Positions 32,989-44,635 of a stretch of DNA of 64,000 bases are shown piece after piece. Source of the stretch: Mesorhizobium sp. (GTDB lineage: Bacteria > Pseudomonadota > Alphaproteobacteria > Rhizobiales > Rhizobiaceae); the NCBI GenBank assembly GCA_040510195.1, contig JBEVJK010000053.1, positions 1,289 to 65,288 on the forward strand, read 5' to 3'. The translations under genes and the position numbers were made by a program. The notes under the pieces were generated by a model. It had not been told where the DNA came from. It saw only the letters and a program-made list of their open reading frames with translations, and did not search any database. How positions within the stretch are numbered: the first letter of the stretch is position 1; every line of letters begins with the position of its first letter.

Positions 32989-34112
32989 GGCCGCACCCCC
33001 TTCTTGAATTCCGCCACCGCTCGGCCGGAGGCAATAGCCTCTGTGAGATCGGCGAGCAACCGCGCCGCGTCCGGCTTTCCAGCGGAGCGGGCGCCCGCCG
33101 CCATGGCGGCGAGGCGGGCCGGGTCGGTCATCAGCGCCGCAATCAGTGCGGACAGGCGCTCGGGAGAAAGCGTCGCCTGCTGGTGCAACTCGGCGCCGCC
33201 GGCCGCCTCAAGGCGCGCCGCGTTGGCGGCCTGGTCGTGGTCGAGCGCATGGGGATAAGGCACCAGCAGTGCCGGGCGGCCGATCACCGATATCTCGGAG
33301 ACGGTGGAGGCTCCGGAGCGCGAGACGACCAGGTGGGCAGTCGCCATGCGGTCCGCCATATCACCGAAGAACGGCGAGACCTCGGCCTCGACGCCCATTT
33401 CGGCATAGGCGGCCTCGACGGCGGCCTGGTCGTCGTGGCGCGCCTGCTGGGTGATCCTCAAGCGGCGGCGCTGCTCCTCCGGCAGCAGGCGGATCGCCGG
33501 CGGCATCGTCTCCGAGAAGAACTGGGCGCCCTGGCTGCCGCCGAACACGAGCAGATGAAACGGCGCGTCGGCCGCCGGGGCGGCGAAGGCAACCTCGGCC
33601 GCTTCGACCACCGCGGGCCTGACGGGGTTGCCGGTCAGCACGGTCTTGTCGCCGAAGGCGCCCGAATGGTCGTCGAGAAAGCCGCCGGCAATGGCGCTGA
33701 CGCGGCCGGCGAGTGCCCGGTTGGCGCGTCCCATCACCGCGTTCTGCTCGTGGATCAGCGTCGGCACGCCGCGTCTCGTCGCCGCATAGACGGGCGGCAC
33801 GGTCGGATAGCCGCCGAAGCCGACGACGGCCGCCGGCTTCTCGCGGGCGATCACCGCCGAGGCCTGCCGCACGCCCTGCCAGATCGTCCAGAGGGACTTG
33901 AGAAAGGTCAGCGGATTGCGGGAGCCGATGGTGGCGGCGGCAATCGGATGGATCAAGGCGCCAGGAAAATTGACGGCGAAGCGCTCGGCGCGGTTGTCGG
34001 TGGCGAGTTGCACCGACCAGCCGCGTGCGATGAGCTCATGCGCCAGCGCTTCCGCCGGAAAGAGATGGCCGCCCGTGCCGCCGGCCGCCAGCAGGATGGT
34101 GCGCGCCGCCAT
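32985..34112 (-). CDS. murG: undecaprenyldiphospho-muramoylpentapeptide beta-N-acetylglucosaminyltransferase
   Basis: Contains [14 protein letters not shown] and the GT28 C-terminal domain. 4-nt overlap with the murC start. Confidence 0.95.
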   Translation of the reverse strand: MAARTILLAAGGTGGHLFPAEALAHELIARGWSVQLATDNRAERFAVNFPGALIHPIAAATIGSRNPLTFLKSLWTIWQGVRQASAVIAREKPAAVVGFGGYPTVPPVYAATRRGVPTLIHEQNAVMGRANRALAGRVSAIAGGFLDDHSGAFGDKTVLTGNPVRPAVVEAAEVAFAAPAADAPFHLLVFGGSQGAQFFSETMPPAIRLLPEEQRRRLRITQQARHDDQAAVEAAYAEMGVEAEVSPFFGDMADRMATAHLVVSRSGASTVSEISVIGRPALLVPYPHALDHDQAANAARLEAAGGAELHQQATLSPERLSALIAALMTDPARLAAMAAGARSAGKPDAARLLADLTEAIASGRAVAEFKKGVRP

Positions 34113-34113
34113 C

Positions 34114-35268
34114 TTACTCGGCGGCCAGCCCGCGCTCGGCGAAGGCGAGAACCCCCGGCTGCTTGCGGCGCTCCGGCCGCCGGCGGGTCAGGGCCAGCAC
34201 CATGCCCATCGAGACGGCGATGGCGATCAGCGAGGAGCCGCCATAGGAGATGAAGGGCAACGTCATGCCCTTGGCCGGCATCAGCTGGAGGTTCACCCCC
34301 ATGTTGATGATGGACTGGAAGCCGAACATGGAGACCAGGCCGGCGACGCCATACCGGGTGAAGTCGTCCTCCTCCTTGAGGGCGGTCGACAGCCCGCGAA
34401 GCACGATGAAAGCGAAGAGCGCCATGATCACGAAGCAGAGCACGATGCCGAATTCCTCTCCCGCGACGGCGAAGACGAAGTCGGCATGGCTGTCGGGGAT
34501 GACCCGCTTGACCGTCCCCTCGCCCGGCCCGACTCCCCACCAGCCGCCGTGGATGACGGCGTCACGCCCCATGTCGACCTGGAAGGTATCGCCTTCGCCG
34601 GTCAGGAAGCGATCGATGCGGCCCGCCACGTGCGGAAATATGGTGTAGGCCGCGAAGGCGCCGCCGACGCCCACGGCGCCGAGGACGATGATCCACAGCC
34701 AGGGCATGCCCGCCATGAAGAACATGACGCCCCAGGTGCCGAGCACGAGCATGGTCTGGCCGAGGTCGGGCTGGGCGACCAGCAGCGCCACCACGATGCC
34801 GAGCAGGATCATGGCGAACAGGTTCCCGGGGATGTCGGGCTGGCGCGCGTGTTCGGCGAACAGCCAAGCGCAGACGATGACGAAGGCCGGCTTCAGGAAC
34901 TCGGAAGGCTGGATCGACAGGCCGGCGAGCGACACCCAGCGTCGCGCGCCCTTGACCTCGACCCCGACATAGAGCGCGGCAACCATCAGCACCAGCGAGA
35001 TGCACAGGACGACCAGGGCCATGCGCCGGATCTGCCGCGCCTCCAGGAAGGAGACGCCCAGCATGGCGACCAGCGCGGGCAAGGTGAACACGATCTGGCG
35101 GGTCGCGAAATGGAAGCTGTCCAGCCCGATGCGCTCCGCCACTGCCGGGCTCGCGGCGAAAGACAGCACGATGCCAAGGCCCATCAGCGACAGGAAGGCG
35201 GCCAGAAACCAGCGGTCCACGGTCCACCACCAGGTGGCGACGGGCGACTTGTCCACGCGGCTCATCAT
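34114..35268 (-). CDS. ftsW: cell division protein FtsW (SEDS family)
   Basis: Ten-TM SEDS protein ([14 protein letters not shown]) at the dcw position. Confidence 0.93.
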   Translation of the reverse strand: MMSRVDKSPVATWWWTVDRWFLAAFLSLMGLGIVLSFAASPAVAERIGLDSFHFATRQIVFTLPALVAMLGVSFLEARQIRRMALVVLCISLVLMVAALYVGVEVKGARRWVSLAGLSIQPSEFLKPAFVIVCAWLFAEHARQPDIPGNLFAMILLGIVVALLVAQPDLGQTMLVLGTWGVMFFMAGMPWLWIIVLGAVGVGGAFAAYTIFPHVAGRIDRFLTGEGDTFQVDMGRDAVIHGGWWGVGPGEGTVKRVIPDSHADFVFAVAGEEFGIVLCFVIMALFAFIVLRGLSTALKEEDDFTRYGVAGLVSMFGFQSIINMGVNLQLMPAKGMTLPFISYGGSSLIAIAVSMGMVLALTRRRPERRKQPGVLAFAERGLAAE

Positions 35269-36668
35269 CTGAACGTCCCTCCGATCGCCCGCATACCGTC
35301 AATGGCTTGCACGGCCGCCCGGAAGGCATCTCCGCGCACCTCGAAATTCCTGAACTGGTCGAAACTCGCGCAGGCCGGCGACAGCAGAACGACGGCCTCC
35401 TCGCTGTCGTCCTCGGCGGCGTCGGCCGCTGCGTGCTCGACGGCGGCGTCGAGCGTGCCCGAGATCTCGTAGGCCACCGTTTCGCCGAGCGTGGCCGAGA
35501 AGACAGGGGCAGCCTCACCGATCAGATAGGCCTTGGCGACGCGTGGAAAGAAACTCCGCAAGGGTTCGATTCCGCCTTCCTTCGGCAGGCCGCCGGCAAT
35601 CCAGTAAATGCGCCCGAAGCTCGACAATGCCGGCGCCGCGGCGTCGGCGTTGGTGGCCTTGGAATCGTTGACGAAGAGCACGTGGTCCTTGCGACCCACC
35701 TGCTCCATGCGATGGGCCAGGCCCGGGAAGCTGTCGAGCCCCGATTGGATGTCGCGCAAGGAGAGGCCGACCCGCATGCAGGCGGCGATGGCGGCAAGCG
35801 CGTTCTGGGCATTGTGCTGGCCGCGCAGCGAGCCGATGTCCTCCAGGGTGGCGATGCTTCTGAAGCGCCCATGGTCGGCCTGCATCATGCTGGCGCCGTC
35901 GGCGAAGAGCCCGTCGGTCAGCGGAAGCCGCTTGGAGATGCGGATCACTTCGTGGCCGGCCCGCTCCAGGCGGTCGGCGATCTGGGCGCAGAACACGTCG
36001 TCGACGCCGACGATCGCCGTCTGGCTGCCGGCGACCAGGCGTTCCTTGATGGCCGCGTAGTGCTGCATCGTGCCGTGGCGGTCGAGATGATCCGGCGTGA
36101 GGTTGAGCAGGATGCCGGCAGTCGGGTCGACCGAGGGGGCCAGATCGATCTGGTATGAAGAGCACTCTACGACATAGTGTCGGCCGCCCTGCGGCGGATC
36201 GAGGGTCATCACGGCGCGTCCGATATTGCCGCCCATCTGCGTGTCGCGACCGGCGCTCGCGAGCATGTGGGCGGCCAGCGCCGTGGTCGTCGACTTGCCG
36301 TTGGTGCCGGTGATCGCGATGAACGGCGCCTCCGGGGCCGAGGCGCGCCGCTCGCGGGAGAACAGCTCGATGTCGCCGATCACCTCGACGCCGGCGCCGC
36401 GCGCCAGCTCGACGGTCCAATGCGGCTTGGGGTGGGTGAGGGGCACGCCCGGCGACAGCACGAAGGAGGCGAAGGCCGCCCAATCGGCCTGATGGAGGTC
36501 GCCCACGGCAATGCCCGCCTCGGCGGCGCGCGCCACGCTGTCGGGATTGTCGTCCCAGGCGAGAACCTCGGCGCCGCCGGCGACCAGCGCCAGCGCTGTG
36601 GCCGTGCCCGACCCGCCGAGGCCGAACAGGGCAACCCTCTTTCGAGAGAATGCGTGCGCCGGGATCAC
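35265..36668 (-). CDS. murD: UDP-N-acetylmuramoylalanine--D-glutamate ligase
   Basis: Contains GLGGSG and [10 protein letters not shown] Mur ligase motifs. 4-nt overlap with the ftsW start. Confidence 0.95.
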   Translation of the reverse strand: MIPAHAFSRKRVALFGLGGSGTATALALVAGGAEVLAWDDNPDSVARAAEAGIAVGDLHQADWAAFASFVLSPGVPLTHPKPHWTVELARGAGVEVIGDIELFSRERRASAPEAPFIAITGTNGKSTTTALAAHMLASAGRDTQMGGNIGRAVMTLDPPQGGRHYVVECSSYQIDLAPSVDPTAGILLNLTPDHLDRHGTMQHYAAIKERLVAGSQTAIVGVDDVFCAQIADRLERAGHEVIRISKRLPLTDGLFADGASMMQADHGRFRSIATLEDIGSLRGQHNAQNALAAIAACMRVGLSLRDIQSGLDSFPGLAHRMEQVGRKDHVLFVNDSKATNADAAAPALSSFGRIYWIAGGLPKEGGIEPLRSFFPRVAKAYLIGEAAPVFSATLGETVAYEISGTLDAAVEHAAADAAEDDSEEAVVLLSPACASFDQFRNFEVRGDAFRAAVQAIDGMRAIGGTFR

Positions 36669-36678
36669 GCTCGTCTCC

Positions 36679-37761
36679 TCACCGCAGCTTCAGACTGGAC
36701 AGGCCGATCAGGGCGAGCATCACGGCAATGATCCAGAAGCGGATCACCACCTGACTCTCGGTCCAGCCGAGCTTTTCGAAGTGATGATGGATCGGCGCCA
36801 TCAGGAAGACGCGCCGGCCCGTCATCTTGAACACGGCGACCTGGATGATAACCGAAAGGGCCTCGACCACGAACAGGCCGCCGACGATGGCCATGACGAT
36901 TTCGTGCTTGGTGGCGACCGAGATCGTGCCGATCAGCCCGCCCAGCGCCAGCGAGCCGGTGTCGCCCATGAAGATGGCGGCAGGCGGCGCATTGAACCAC
37001 AGGAAGCCGAGGCCGGCGCCAATGACGCCGCCCAGCACGACCGCGAGTTCGCCGGTGCCCGGCACGAAGTGGATCTGCAGGTATTCGGCAAAGACCGCGT
37101 TGCCCGACAGGTAGGCGATGACGCCGAAGGAGGCCGCCGCCACCATGATCGGCACGATCGCCAGGCCGTCGAGGCCGTCGGTCAGGTTCACCGCGTTGCC
37201 GGCGCCCACCACGACAAAGCCCGCGAAGGGGATGAAGAACCAGGAGAGGTTGACGATCAGGTCCTTGATGAACGGAAAGGTCAGCGAGGACGAGAACGGC
37301 GCCTGGCCGTTGCGCATGATGATCCACGCGGCGAGGCAGGCGATGACGAACTCCATCGCCAGTCGCGCCTTGCCCGACACGCCGAGATGCGACTGCTTGG
37401 TGACCTTGAGATAGTCGTCGTAGAAGCCGATGGCGCCGAAGCTCAGGGTCACCATCAAGACGACCCACACATAGACGCTCGACAGGTTGGCCCATAGGAG
37501 CGTGGCGCCGATGATGCCGCACAGCATCATCAGGCCGCCCATAGTGGGCGTCCCGGCCTTCTTGAAGTGGGTCTGCGGACCGTCGGCGCGGATCGGCTGG
37601 CCCTTGCCCTGGCGGATGCGCAAGGAGTCGATGATGGCAGGGCCGAACAGGAAGACGATCAGCGCCGCGGTGACCAGCGCGCCGCCGGTGCGGAAGGTGA
37701 TATAGCGAAAGACATTGAAGACCGAGACCTCGTCGGCGAACTCAACGAGCAGCATCAGCAT
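36679..37761 (-). CDS. mraY: phospho-N-acetylmuramoyl-pentapeptide transferase
   Basis: Contains the conserved motifs [13 protein letters not shown] and HHHFE. Confidence 0.97.
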   Translation of the reverse strand: MLMLLVEFADEVSVFNVFRYITFRTGGALVTAALIVFLFGPAIIDSLRIRQGKGQPIRADGPQTHFKKAGTPTMGGLMMLCGIIGATLLWANLSSVYVWVVLMVTLSFGAIGFYDDYLKVTKQSHLGVSGKARLAMEFVIACLAAWIIMRNGQAPFSSSLTFPFIKDLIVNLSWFFIPFAGFVVVGAGNAVNLTDGLDGLAIVPIMVAAASFGVIAYLSGNAVFAEYLQIHFVPGTGELAVVLGGVIGAGLGFLWFNAPPAAIFMGDTGSLALGGLIGTISVATKHEIVMAIVGGLFVVEALSVIIQVAVFKMTGRRVFLMAPIHHHFEKLGWTESQVVIRFWIIAVMLALIGLSSLKLR

Positions 37762-37774
37762 GCGGCGGTTCCCC

Positions 37775-39220
37775 TCACGGCGCTGTCAGGCGCGCTTCGT
37801 TCGCACGGCTCGTCGCCGGGAAGTGATTGATGAGCGCGTCGACCAGCCGGGAAAACCCCATACGGTTCGACGATTTGACCATGACGGCATCGCCAGGCCC
37901 GACCCCTTCGACCAGAAGCGCGGTCAGCTCGTCGACCGTGGCGCGATGGACGACCGGGAAGCCTTCGGGCAGCGCCTCGGCGAGCGCTGCCATGTCGGGC
38001 CCGGCGAGATAGACGAGGTCGGTCCCGGTGGCGACGAGCGCGTCGGCGAGCCCGGCATGGAGCGCGCGCGACTGGGCGCCGAGCTCCAGCATGTCGCCGA
38101 GCACGGCGATGCGCCGCCCGGTGCCGGTAACGGGCGTGGCGCCGAGCAGCTCGAGCGCCGCCTTCATGGAGGTCGGATTGGCGTTGTAGCTCTCGTCGAT
38201 GAGGGCGATCACGCCCTCTGGATGCGGCAGGAGCGTGCGCTTGCCGCGACCTTTCTCGGCCGTCAGGTTCGCCAGCGCCGGCGCCACCTTCTCCAGGTCG
38301 GCGCCTGCCAGGTAGGCGGCGCCGAGCACGGCGAGCACGTTCTGCACCATATGTCGGCCGGGCGCGCCGATGCGGGCATAGACCTCGGTGCCGCCGATCT
38401 TGGCGGTGATGGTGGAGCTGTCGCCGAACAGCGTGCAGCCGGTGAGGCGGAAATGGGCCCGCGGGTTCTCGCCGAAGCCAACCACATGGTCGACGCCGGC
38501 CTCCCGGGCAAGCTTGCCGAGCAGCTTGGAGCGCGGGTCGTCGCGGTTCAGCACGGCATAGCCGCCCGGCTCGATGCCCTCGAAGATCTCCGCCTTCGCG
38601 CGGGCGATGTCGTCGAGGCTGTCGAACTGGCCGAGATGGGCTTCGGCGATGAGCGTCACGATGGCGATGTGAGGCCGCACCAGTCTGGCGAGCGGCCGGA
38701 TCTCGCCGGCATTGCTCATGCCAATCTCGAAGACGGCGAAATCGCAGTCCTTGGGCGTCCGGGCGAGCGTCAGCGGCACGCCCCAATGGTTGTTGAACGA
38801 CCTGTCGGCCGCGTGCACCTTGCCGACTGCAGACAGAGCATGGCGAAGCGCTTCCTTGGTGGTGGTCTTGCCCGCGGAGCCGGTGACGGCGATGACCTTG
38901 GCGCGGCTGCGGGCGCGAGCCGCCGCCCCTGCCCGCTCCAGCGCCTGCAACACGTCGGGCACCACGATCATCGGCGCGGTCAGGCGTCCAAGCGCCGGCA
39001 GCTTGCCTTCCGAGACCACCAGCAGGCCGGCGCCGGCCTTGATGGCGGCGGTGGCGAAGTCGTGCCCGTCGAAGCGCTCGCCGCGGATGGCGAAGAAGGC
39101 CTCGCCAGGCGCCAGCGTCCGGGTGTCGATGGAAATGCCGGAGACGCCTGCCGGCAGCTGGCCGAACGGGCGTGCGCCGGTCGCCTGGATAAGATCGTCG
39201 GTGGTCCACAGAAGGCTCAT
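37775..39220 (-). CDS. murF: UDP-N-acetylmuramoyl-tripeptide--D-alanyl-D-alanine ligase
   Basis: Contains [12 protein letters not shown] and is at the dcw position. 4-nt overlap with the murE stop. Confidence 0.93.
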   Translation of the reverse strand: MSLLWTTDDLIQATGARPFGQLPAGVSGISIDTRTLAPGEAFFAIRGERFDGHDFATAAIKAGAGLLVVSEGKLPALGRLTAPMIVVPDVLQALERAGAAARARSRAKVIAVTGSAGKTTTKEALRHALSAVGKVHAADRSFNNHWGVPLTLARTPKDCDFAVFEIGMSNAGEIRPLARLVRPHIAIVTLIAEAHLGQFDSLDDIARAKAEIFEGIEPGGYAVLNRDDPRSKLLGKLAREAGVDHVVGFGENPRAHFRLTGCTLFGDSSTITAKIGGTEVYARIGAPGRHMVQNVLAVLGAAYLAGADLEKVAPALANLTAEKGRGKRTLLPHPEGVIALIDESYNANPTSMKAALELLGATPVTGTGRRIAVLGDMLELGAQSRALHAGLADALVATGTDLVYLAGPDMAALAEALPEGFPVVHRATVDELTALLVEGVGPGDAVMVKSSNRMGFSRLVDALINHFPATSRANEARLTAP

Positions 39221-40671
39221 GCGGCACGCTCCTTGAGGGCGCTCAGCACCTCGGCGTGGTCGGAAAAGGGGAAGGTCTCGCTGCCGATGGTCTGCCCCTC
39301 CTCGTGACCCTTGCCGGCGACGATCAGCGTGTCGCCGGGCTGCAGCAGGGAGACGGCATGGTGTATCGCCTCGCGGCGGTCGCCAATCTCGACGGCGCCC
39401 GGCGCGGCGGCCAGGATGGCGGCGCGGATCTCGCCCGGCACCTCGGAGCGCGGATTGTCGTCGGTAACGATGGCGATGTCGGCGAGCCGAGTCGCGATCT
39501 CGCCCATGATCGGCCGCTTGCCCCGGTCGCGGTCGCCGCCGCAGCCGAACACCACGACGACGCGGCCGGTCGTGAACGGCCGCACGGCGTTGAGCACGTT
39601 CTCCAGCGCGTCCGGCTTGTGCGCGTAGTCGACATAGACCGGCGCGCCGGCCGGAGTGGTGCCGACCAGCTCCAGGCGTCCGGACGCGCCCTTCAGCGTT
39701 TCCAAGGCACGGAGCGCGGTGGCGGCAGGCGTGCCTGTCACGATGGCGAGACCGGCGGCCACCAGGGCGTTGGAGATCTGGAAGTCGCCGGCGAGCGGCA
39801 GGTCCACCTCGTGTATGGTGCCCGACGCGCTGATCTCGGCGCGCTGGCGGAAACGCTCGTGCTCGACCCGCTTCAGCTGGAGCCCCTCGCCTCGGCGGCC
39901 CACCGTGAAGACCTCGAGGCCGGCCCGGCGGGCAGCCTCCGCCGTAGCGGCCGACCAGCTGTCGTCGGCGAAGATCACCGCCGGGGCGCCCTTGGGCAAC
40001 AGCGTCTCGAAGAGGCGCAGCTTGGCGGCGTGATAGTGCTCGACCGTCGGATGGTAGTCCATGTGGTCGCGGCCGAGATTCGTGAAGGCGCCGGCGGCCA
40101 GCCGGACACCGTCGAGGCGTCGCTGGTCCAGCCCGTGGCTCGACGCCTCCATGGCCGCGTGCTCGACGCCGGCCGCCTGCAGCTCGGCCAGCAGGCGGTG
40201 CAGGGCGACTGGATCGGGCGTCGTCAGGGAGCCGTACTCGTTGCGGCCGGGCGCGGCGACACCGGTGGTGCCGATGCTGGCCGCCGGGAAGCCTGCCTGC
40301 TCCCAGATCTGGCGGGTGAAGGCGGCGACCGAGGTCTTGCCGCTGGTGCCGGTGACGGCCACCAGGGTGGCGGGCTGGCGGCCGAAAAGCCTGGCCGCCG
40401 CCAGCGCCAACGCGCGCCGTGGGTCTTCAACTTCGATCAAGGGAACGGCGAGCGGCTTGCGGACGGCATTGGCGGCCGCCACCACGGCCACGGCGCCCCG
40501 CCGCACGGCGTCGTCGGCGTAGGCGGCACCGTCGGCCTTGGAGCCCGGCAGGGCGAAGAACAGGGTGCTGCCGGCAACCTGGCGAGAATCCGACGTGATC
40601 CCGGAAACGGCGATGCTGCCCGTCGCACTCCCGCGGACAGGCAGAATCCCGGAAAAATCGTTCAATTTCAT
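39217..40671 (-). CDS. murE: UDP-N-acetylmuramoyl-L-alanyl-D-glutamate--2,6-diaminopimelate ligase
   Basis: Contains VTGTSGKTS and a DNPR motif (VTDDNPRSE). Confidence 0.95.
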   Translation of the reverse strand: MKLNDFSGILPVRGSATGSIAVSGITSDSRQVAGSTLFFALPGSKADGAAYADDAVRRGAVAVVAAANAVRKPLAVPLIEVEDPRRALALAAARLFGRQPATLVAVTGTSGKTSVAAFTRQIWEQAGFPAASIGTTGVAAPGRNEYGSLTTPDPVALHRLLAELQAAGVEHAAMEASSHGLDQRRLDGVRLAAGAFTNLGRDHMDYHPTVEHYHAAKLRLFETLLPKGAPAVIFADDSWSAATAEAARRAGLEVFTVGRRGEGLQLKRVEHERFRQRAEISASGTIHEVDLPLAGDFQISNALVAAGLAIVTGTPAATALRALETLKGASGRLELVGTTPAGAPVYVDYAHKPDALENVLNAVRPFTTGRVVVVFGCGGDRDRGKRPIMGEIATRLADIAIVTDDNPRSEVPGEIRAAILAAAPGAVEIGDRREAIHHAVSLLQPGDTLIVAGKGHEEGQTIGSETFPFSDHAEVLSALKERAA

Positions 40672-40733
40672 CGGATTCCCGATCGTCTTAGGCCGTCAGG
40701 CGTCCCTCGATTGTCCCCGGAACGCCTGGAGAA

Positions 40734-42443
40734 TCACTGATAGGATACAAGCGTTGCCTCATTTTCATGACTGAATTCGGGCTTCACGCCAAGAAGGGAG
40801 GCCGAACGGCGGATCACATTGGCAACGATCGGCGCCGCGTTGGAGGCCGCAGTGGCGCCCATGCCGGGCTTCTCCGGCTTGGGCTCGTCGATGACGCTGA
40901 GGACCACATATTGTGGGTCGTCCATCGGGAACGAGGCGAGGAACGCGTTGAAGCGCTTGTCGGATGCGTAGCGGCCGTTGACGACCTTTTCGGCGGTTCC
41001 GGTCTTGCCGCCGACCCGGAAGCCGGGAACCTCGGCCTTCTTGCCGGACCCTTTCTCGGCGTTGAGCCGGTAGAGATAGCGCATGTCGGCGCTGGTCTGC
41101 GCCTTGACCACCTGGGTGGCCACCCTGTCCGCCTCGGTCGGGCTGCGCGGCAGGAAGGTGGGCGGGATCAACCGGCCGCCGTTCATGAGGGCTGCGGCGC
41201 CGACGGCCGTCTGCAAGGGGGTGGTGGACATGCCGTGGCCGAAGGCGATGGTGATCGAGTGCACCTTCTTCCAGACTTTGGGCTCGGTCGGGCGGGCGAC
41301 TTCCGGCAGCTCGGTGACCAGCCGGTCCAGGAGGCCGATGCGCTTCAGGAACTCGCGGTGGCCCTCGATGCCGACGACGTCGGCCTCGCGTGCGGAGCCG
41401 ATGTTGGAGGAGTAGATGAAGACCTCGGGGACCGTCAGGATGCGCCCCTTGCCATGGAAGTCTCGGATGGTCTGGTGTCCGATGGTGATCGGCCGACGGG
41501 CGTCGAAGGTCGAATCCAGCGTCACCTTGCCCGAATCGAGTGCCATGGCCGTGGTGAAGCTCTTGATGGTCGACCCCATCTCGAAGGTACCGGCAGACAT
41601 GCGGTTCAGCCGGTCCTTCTCCTGCGCGTTGTAGGGGTTGTTGGGGTCGTAGTCCGGCAGCGAGGCCATGGCCAGCACCTCGCCCGTCTTGACGTTGAGA
41701 ACCACCGCCCCGGCGGCGATAGCGTGGTACTTCTCCATGGCGCGGGCCAGTTCGTCGTGCACGATGTGCTGGACGCGTATGTCGAGCGACAGCCGGAACG
41801 GCTTCAGGTCCGTCGGAATGGCGAGACCGCTGGCCTGCAGGTCGGCCAGTCCCTGCTCGTCGATGTACTTCTCGATCCCCGCGATGCCCTGGTTGTCGAC
41901 GTTGACGAGACCGAGAACGTGCGAGGCCGTCGGCCCGCCCGGGTAGAAGCGCTTCTTCTCGGTGCGGAAGCCGATGCCGGGAATGCCCAGCCGGATAATG
42001 TCGTTCTGCTGCTTGGGCGACAGCTGGCGGCGAAGCCAGACGAAGCCGGCGCCGCTCTTCAGCTTGGCATAGGTCTGCTCGTAGTCGATGTCCGGCAGCA
42101 CCGTCGACAGCCTTTCGATCGCCTCGTCGGCATCGACGATGCGGCGCGGCTCGGCAAACAGAGACGCGGTCTTGATGTCGGTCGCCAGCACCTCGCCATT
42201 GCGGTCGACGATGTCAGGCCGCGAGGCGGTCACCCGGCTCGCCGGACCGCCCGAATCGTTCGGGTCGAGCATGCCGAGATAGACGAGCCTGCCCGCGATG
42301 ACGCCGTAAATGCCGAGGAAGGCCGCCATGGTCATGACCACGCGGGTCTTGGCGCGCCCCCCGGTGCGCTTGCGGGCGCCGTCGACGACGATCCGGCCGG
42401 CCGGCCCGTCGACGTGCCGCTTGCTTCGCCAGCGGCCGATCAT
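40734..42443 (-). CDS. ftsI: peptidoglycan D,D-transpeptidase FtsI (PBP3)
   Basis: TM anchor, PBP dimerisation domain, and the STIK, SSN and KTGT motifs. Start at ATG 42443 forms an ATGA overlap with the ftsL stop; the track ORF extends to 42653. Confidence 0.93.
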   Translation of the reverse strand: MIGRWRSKRHVDGPAGRIVVDGARKRTGGRAKTRVVMTMAAFLGIYGVIAGRLVYLGMLDPNDSGGPASRVTASRPDIVDRNGEVLATDIKTASLFAEPRRIVDADEAIERLSTVLPDIDYEQTYAKLKSGAGFVWLRRQLSPKQQNDIIRLGIPGIGFRTEKKRFYPGGPTASHVLGLVNVDNQGIAGIEKYIDEQGLADLQASGLAIPTDLKPFRLSLDIRVQHIVHDELARAMEKYHAIAAGAVVLNVKTGEVLAMASLPDYDPNNPYNAQEKDRLNRMSAGTFEMGSTIKSFTTAMALDSGKVTLDSTFDARRPITIGHQTIRDFHGKGRILTVPEVFIYSSNIGSAREADVVGIEGHREFLKRIGLLDRLVTELPEVARPTEPKVWKKVHSITIAFGHGMSTTPLQTAVGAAALMNGGRLIPPTFLPRSPTEADRVATQVVKAQTSADMRYLYRLNAEKGSGKKAEVPGFRVGGKTGTAEKVVNGRYASDKRFNAFLASFPMDDPQYVVLSVIDEPKPEKPGMGATAASNAAPIVANVIRRSASLLGVKPEFSHENEATLVSYQ

Positions 42444-42814
42444 TGCACTATTCCCCCCGTCACAGTCGGATCCTGGCCGCTGTCGGCCATGCCGCCCAGC
42501 CGCTCGTCCGTCAGGTCCTCGATGGTCAGCGGCCGCGCCGGCAGCGCATCGAGGCCGACGATCTGGTGCGCGTCCACCGGCTGCAGGGCCAGCTCCGACT
42601 GATAGACTTCCGACAGTCGCTGCAGGCGGGAAGGCTGGGTCAGCAGGCTCCAATCCGCCTTGAGAAGCGTGATCGTGTCCTCCTCCAGCTTGATCTCCGC
42701 CTCGATGCGCCGCACCTCGTCGCGGCGGTTCTCGGCCTCGTGCTTGGTCTTGTAGGTGAAGGCCGCCGCGGCGACCATCACGGCGATCAGCACGGTGTCA
42801 CTGGTGCGAAACAA
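42440..42814 (-). CDS. ftsL: cell division protein FtsL (alphaproteobacterial type)
   Basis: 124-aa ORF with a single TM helix then a coiled coil. Position is between rsmH and ftsI. Confidence 0.75.
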   Translation of the reverse strand: MFRTSDTVLIAVMVAAAAFTYKTKHEAENRRDEVRRIEAEIKLEEDTITLLKADWSLLTQPSRLQRLSEVYQSELALQPVDAHQIVGLDALPARPLTIEDLTDERLGGMADSGQDPTVTGGIVQ

Positions 42815-42817
42815 GGC

Positions 42818-43834
42818 TCACCTCTCTCTCGCCCGAGGAATGCCAGGCAGTTTCGGAAGTCCGAACACGGACGGATCTGTGGCGCGGGCGGGCGCGTCGG
42901 TGCGAATGGCAGAGCGCAGCCGCGCGGAGCGGGCGCGTGGATTCGTTTCGACCTCGGCGTCCGAGGGCGCCACGGCGCGTGCCGGCTTTTCGAAGGTCGC
43001 CGTGCGGCTTTCTCTTTCAGGCAGGTGGCGGGAGCCTGCGGCCGCTGCCGAGCGATCGGCAAGGAAGCGCTTGACCATGCGATCTTCCAGCGAGTGGAAG
43101 GTGACGACCGCCAGCCTGCCAGCCGGCGCCAAGGCTCGCTCGGCCGACTCCAGCCCGCGCGCGAGCTCGCCGAGCTCGTCGTTCACGTAAACGCGCAGCG
43201 CCTGGAAGACGCGGGTCGCCGGATGGATCTTGTCGCCGGGCTTGCGCCCGACCAGCTGCTCGATGGACTCGGCCAGGTCGCGGGTGCGCAGGAACGGTCG
43301 CTCGGCCGCCCGGCGCTCGATCATCCGAGCGATGCGGCCGGCATGGCGCTCCTCGCCGAGCAGGCCGAAAATGCGTGTGAGGTCGCCAGCCTTGCCGCGG
43401 TTGATCACGTCGGCCGCCGTCGGCCCGGATCTCTCCATCCGCATATCGAGCGGCCCGTCTGCGCGGAAGGAAAAGCCGCGCTCCGCCTGGTCGAGCTGCA
43501 TGGAGGAGACGCCGATGTCGAGCACGACGCCGTCCACCGCACCGGCGTGCTGGTCGAGCTCCGAAAAGGTCGCGTGAAACAGCTGCAGCCGGCCTGCGGC
43601 CTCGACCTCCAGCGCCCGTCCGGAGGCGACCGCGTCGGGATCGCGGTCGATCGCGACGACCTGGGCTCCCGCCGCCAGCAGCGCCCGCGTGTAGCCGCCC
43701 GCGCCGAAAGTGCCGTCGACGATGCGCGCGCCGGCGAGCGGCTGCAAGGCAGCCAGCACCTCCTCGAGAAGAACCGGGACGTGACGGGCCGGTCCGCCAA
43801 CGGCGCCGAACTGGTCGCCGTGGCCCGTCATCAT
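42818..43834 (-). CDS. rsmH: 16S rRNA (cytosine1402-N4)-methyltransferase
   Basis: Contains [19 protein letters not shown] and [10 protein letters not shown]. The start ATGATG overlaps the mraZ TGA; the track ORF extends to 44410. Confidence 0.93.
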   Translation of the reverse strand: MMTGHGDQFGAVGGPARHVPVLLEEVLAALQPLAGARIVDGTFGAGGYTRALLAAGAQVVAIDRDPDAVASGRALEVEAAGRLQLFHATFSELDQHAGAVDGVVLDIGVSSMQLDQAERGFSFRADGPLDMRMERSGPTAADVINRGKAGDLTRIFGLLGEERHAGRIARMIERRAAERPFLRTRDLAESIEQLVGRKPGDKIHPATRVFQALRVYVNDELGELARGLESAERALAPAGRLAVVTFHSLEDRMVKRFLADRSAAAAGSRHLPERESRTATFEKPARAVAPSDAEVETNPRARSARLRSAIRTDAPARATDPSVFGLPKLPGIPRARER

Positions 43835-44301
43835 CCCGTATCTCCAGCCGGACCGGAAGCGGGCGCCGCCCCCTGCCTCAGCCGCCGCAGCCGATCGCGG
43901 ACGGAGGCGCCATGCGCCTTCAGCCGTTCCGGCTCCCAGATCTGAAAGAAGGCGCCGCGACCGACAAAAGCCACTTCCGCCACGATGCCGGTATGCTCGC
44001 GCATGAAGTCGGTCACCATGATGCGGCCATCCTGATCCAGCTTCAGGAAGGCGCCATCGCCATGGACGAAGAAAGACATGTCGTCGGCGGTCTGCATGAA
44101 AGGATCCTCCCGCGCGATCCGCTCCTCGTAGCGGTCGAGCAGATCGAGCCCGCCGACGTCCAGCGCAGGCACGTCGAGAGCCCGCAGCGCATAGAGCTCG
44201 ACCGCACCGCGCTTCTGCAGGACCGAGCGGAAATGGGCCGGGACGGAGACGCGCCCCTTCGCATCGATCCTGTTCAGTGCATTCGACAGAAATCGTTCCA
44301 T
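43831..44301 (-). CDS. mraZ: division/cell wall cluster transcriptional regulator MraZ
   Basis: 156-aa ORF with the DAKGRVSVP motif, and a second half carrying the MraZ-type motif as DQDGRIMV. Confidence 0.93.
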   Translation of the reverse strand: MERFLSNALNRIDAKGRVSVPAHFRSVLQKRGAVELYALRALDVPALDVGGLDLLDRYEERIAREDPFMQTADDMSFFVHGDGAFLKLDQDGRIMVTDFMREHTGIVAEVAFVGRGAFFQIWEPERLKAHGASVRDRLRRLRQGAAPASGPAGDTG

Positions 44302-44481
44302 CGTCCCGCAAGGCAGCGCGTGCCGCTGCGCCCCTCATTGTCATGCCCCCCTCCAAACGGCCCGCATCCGCAGGCCGCTTCCCCGGCCTGCTCCCGCCCA
44401 GGCCATGCAATCTCGCTCCCGGAAAGCAGCCGCAGCTCCCCGGTGGCGGGACGCTTCACCTTCACTGATACGAAAGCCTGA

Positions 44482-44525
44482 TTGGGCTTATGGGATAGCA
44501 TGGGACCTTATGGGCGTCAACGGGA
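44482..44525. promoter_or_regulatory. 10-bp-phased TGGG repeats (candidate MraZ operator) overlapping a TTGACG-N17-TATCCC promoter candidate on the mraZ strand
   Basis: TGGG at 44483, 44491, 44501 and 44511; CGGG at 44521. On the minus strand, TTGACG is the complement of 44515-44520 and TATCCC the complement of 44492-44497. Confidence 0.45.
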
Positions 44526-44635
44526 ACGGGGCACACAGAGCACATTCGAACGCCCGCCGATCGGCAGCGGGGCGCGCGATTCCCGTTTATCGTCCATTAA
44601 GGCTAACGAAGCGTTAGAACTCGGCCAGCGGTGCC

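Noticed and set aside
37715-39307. 530-aa plus-strand ORF over murF
   Set aside because: It is antisense to murF, which has clear Mur-ligase motifs. It is a typical high-GC shadow ORF.
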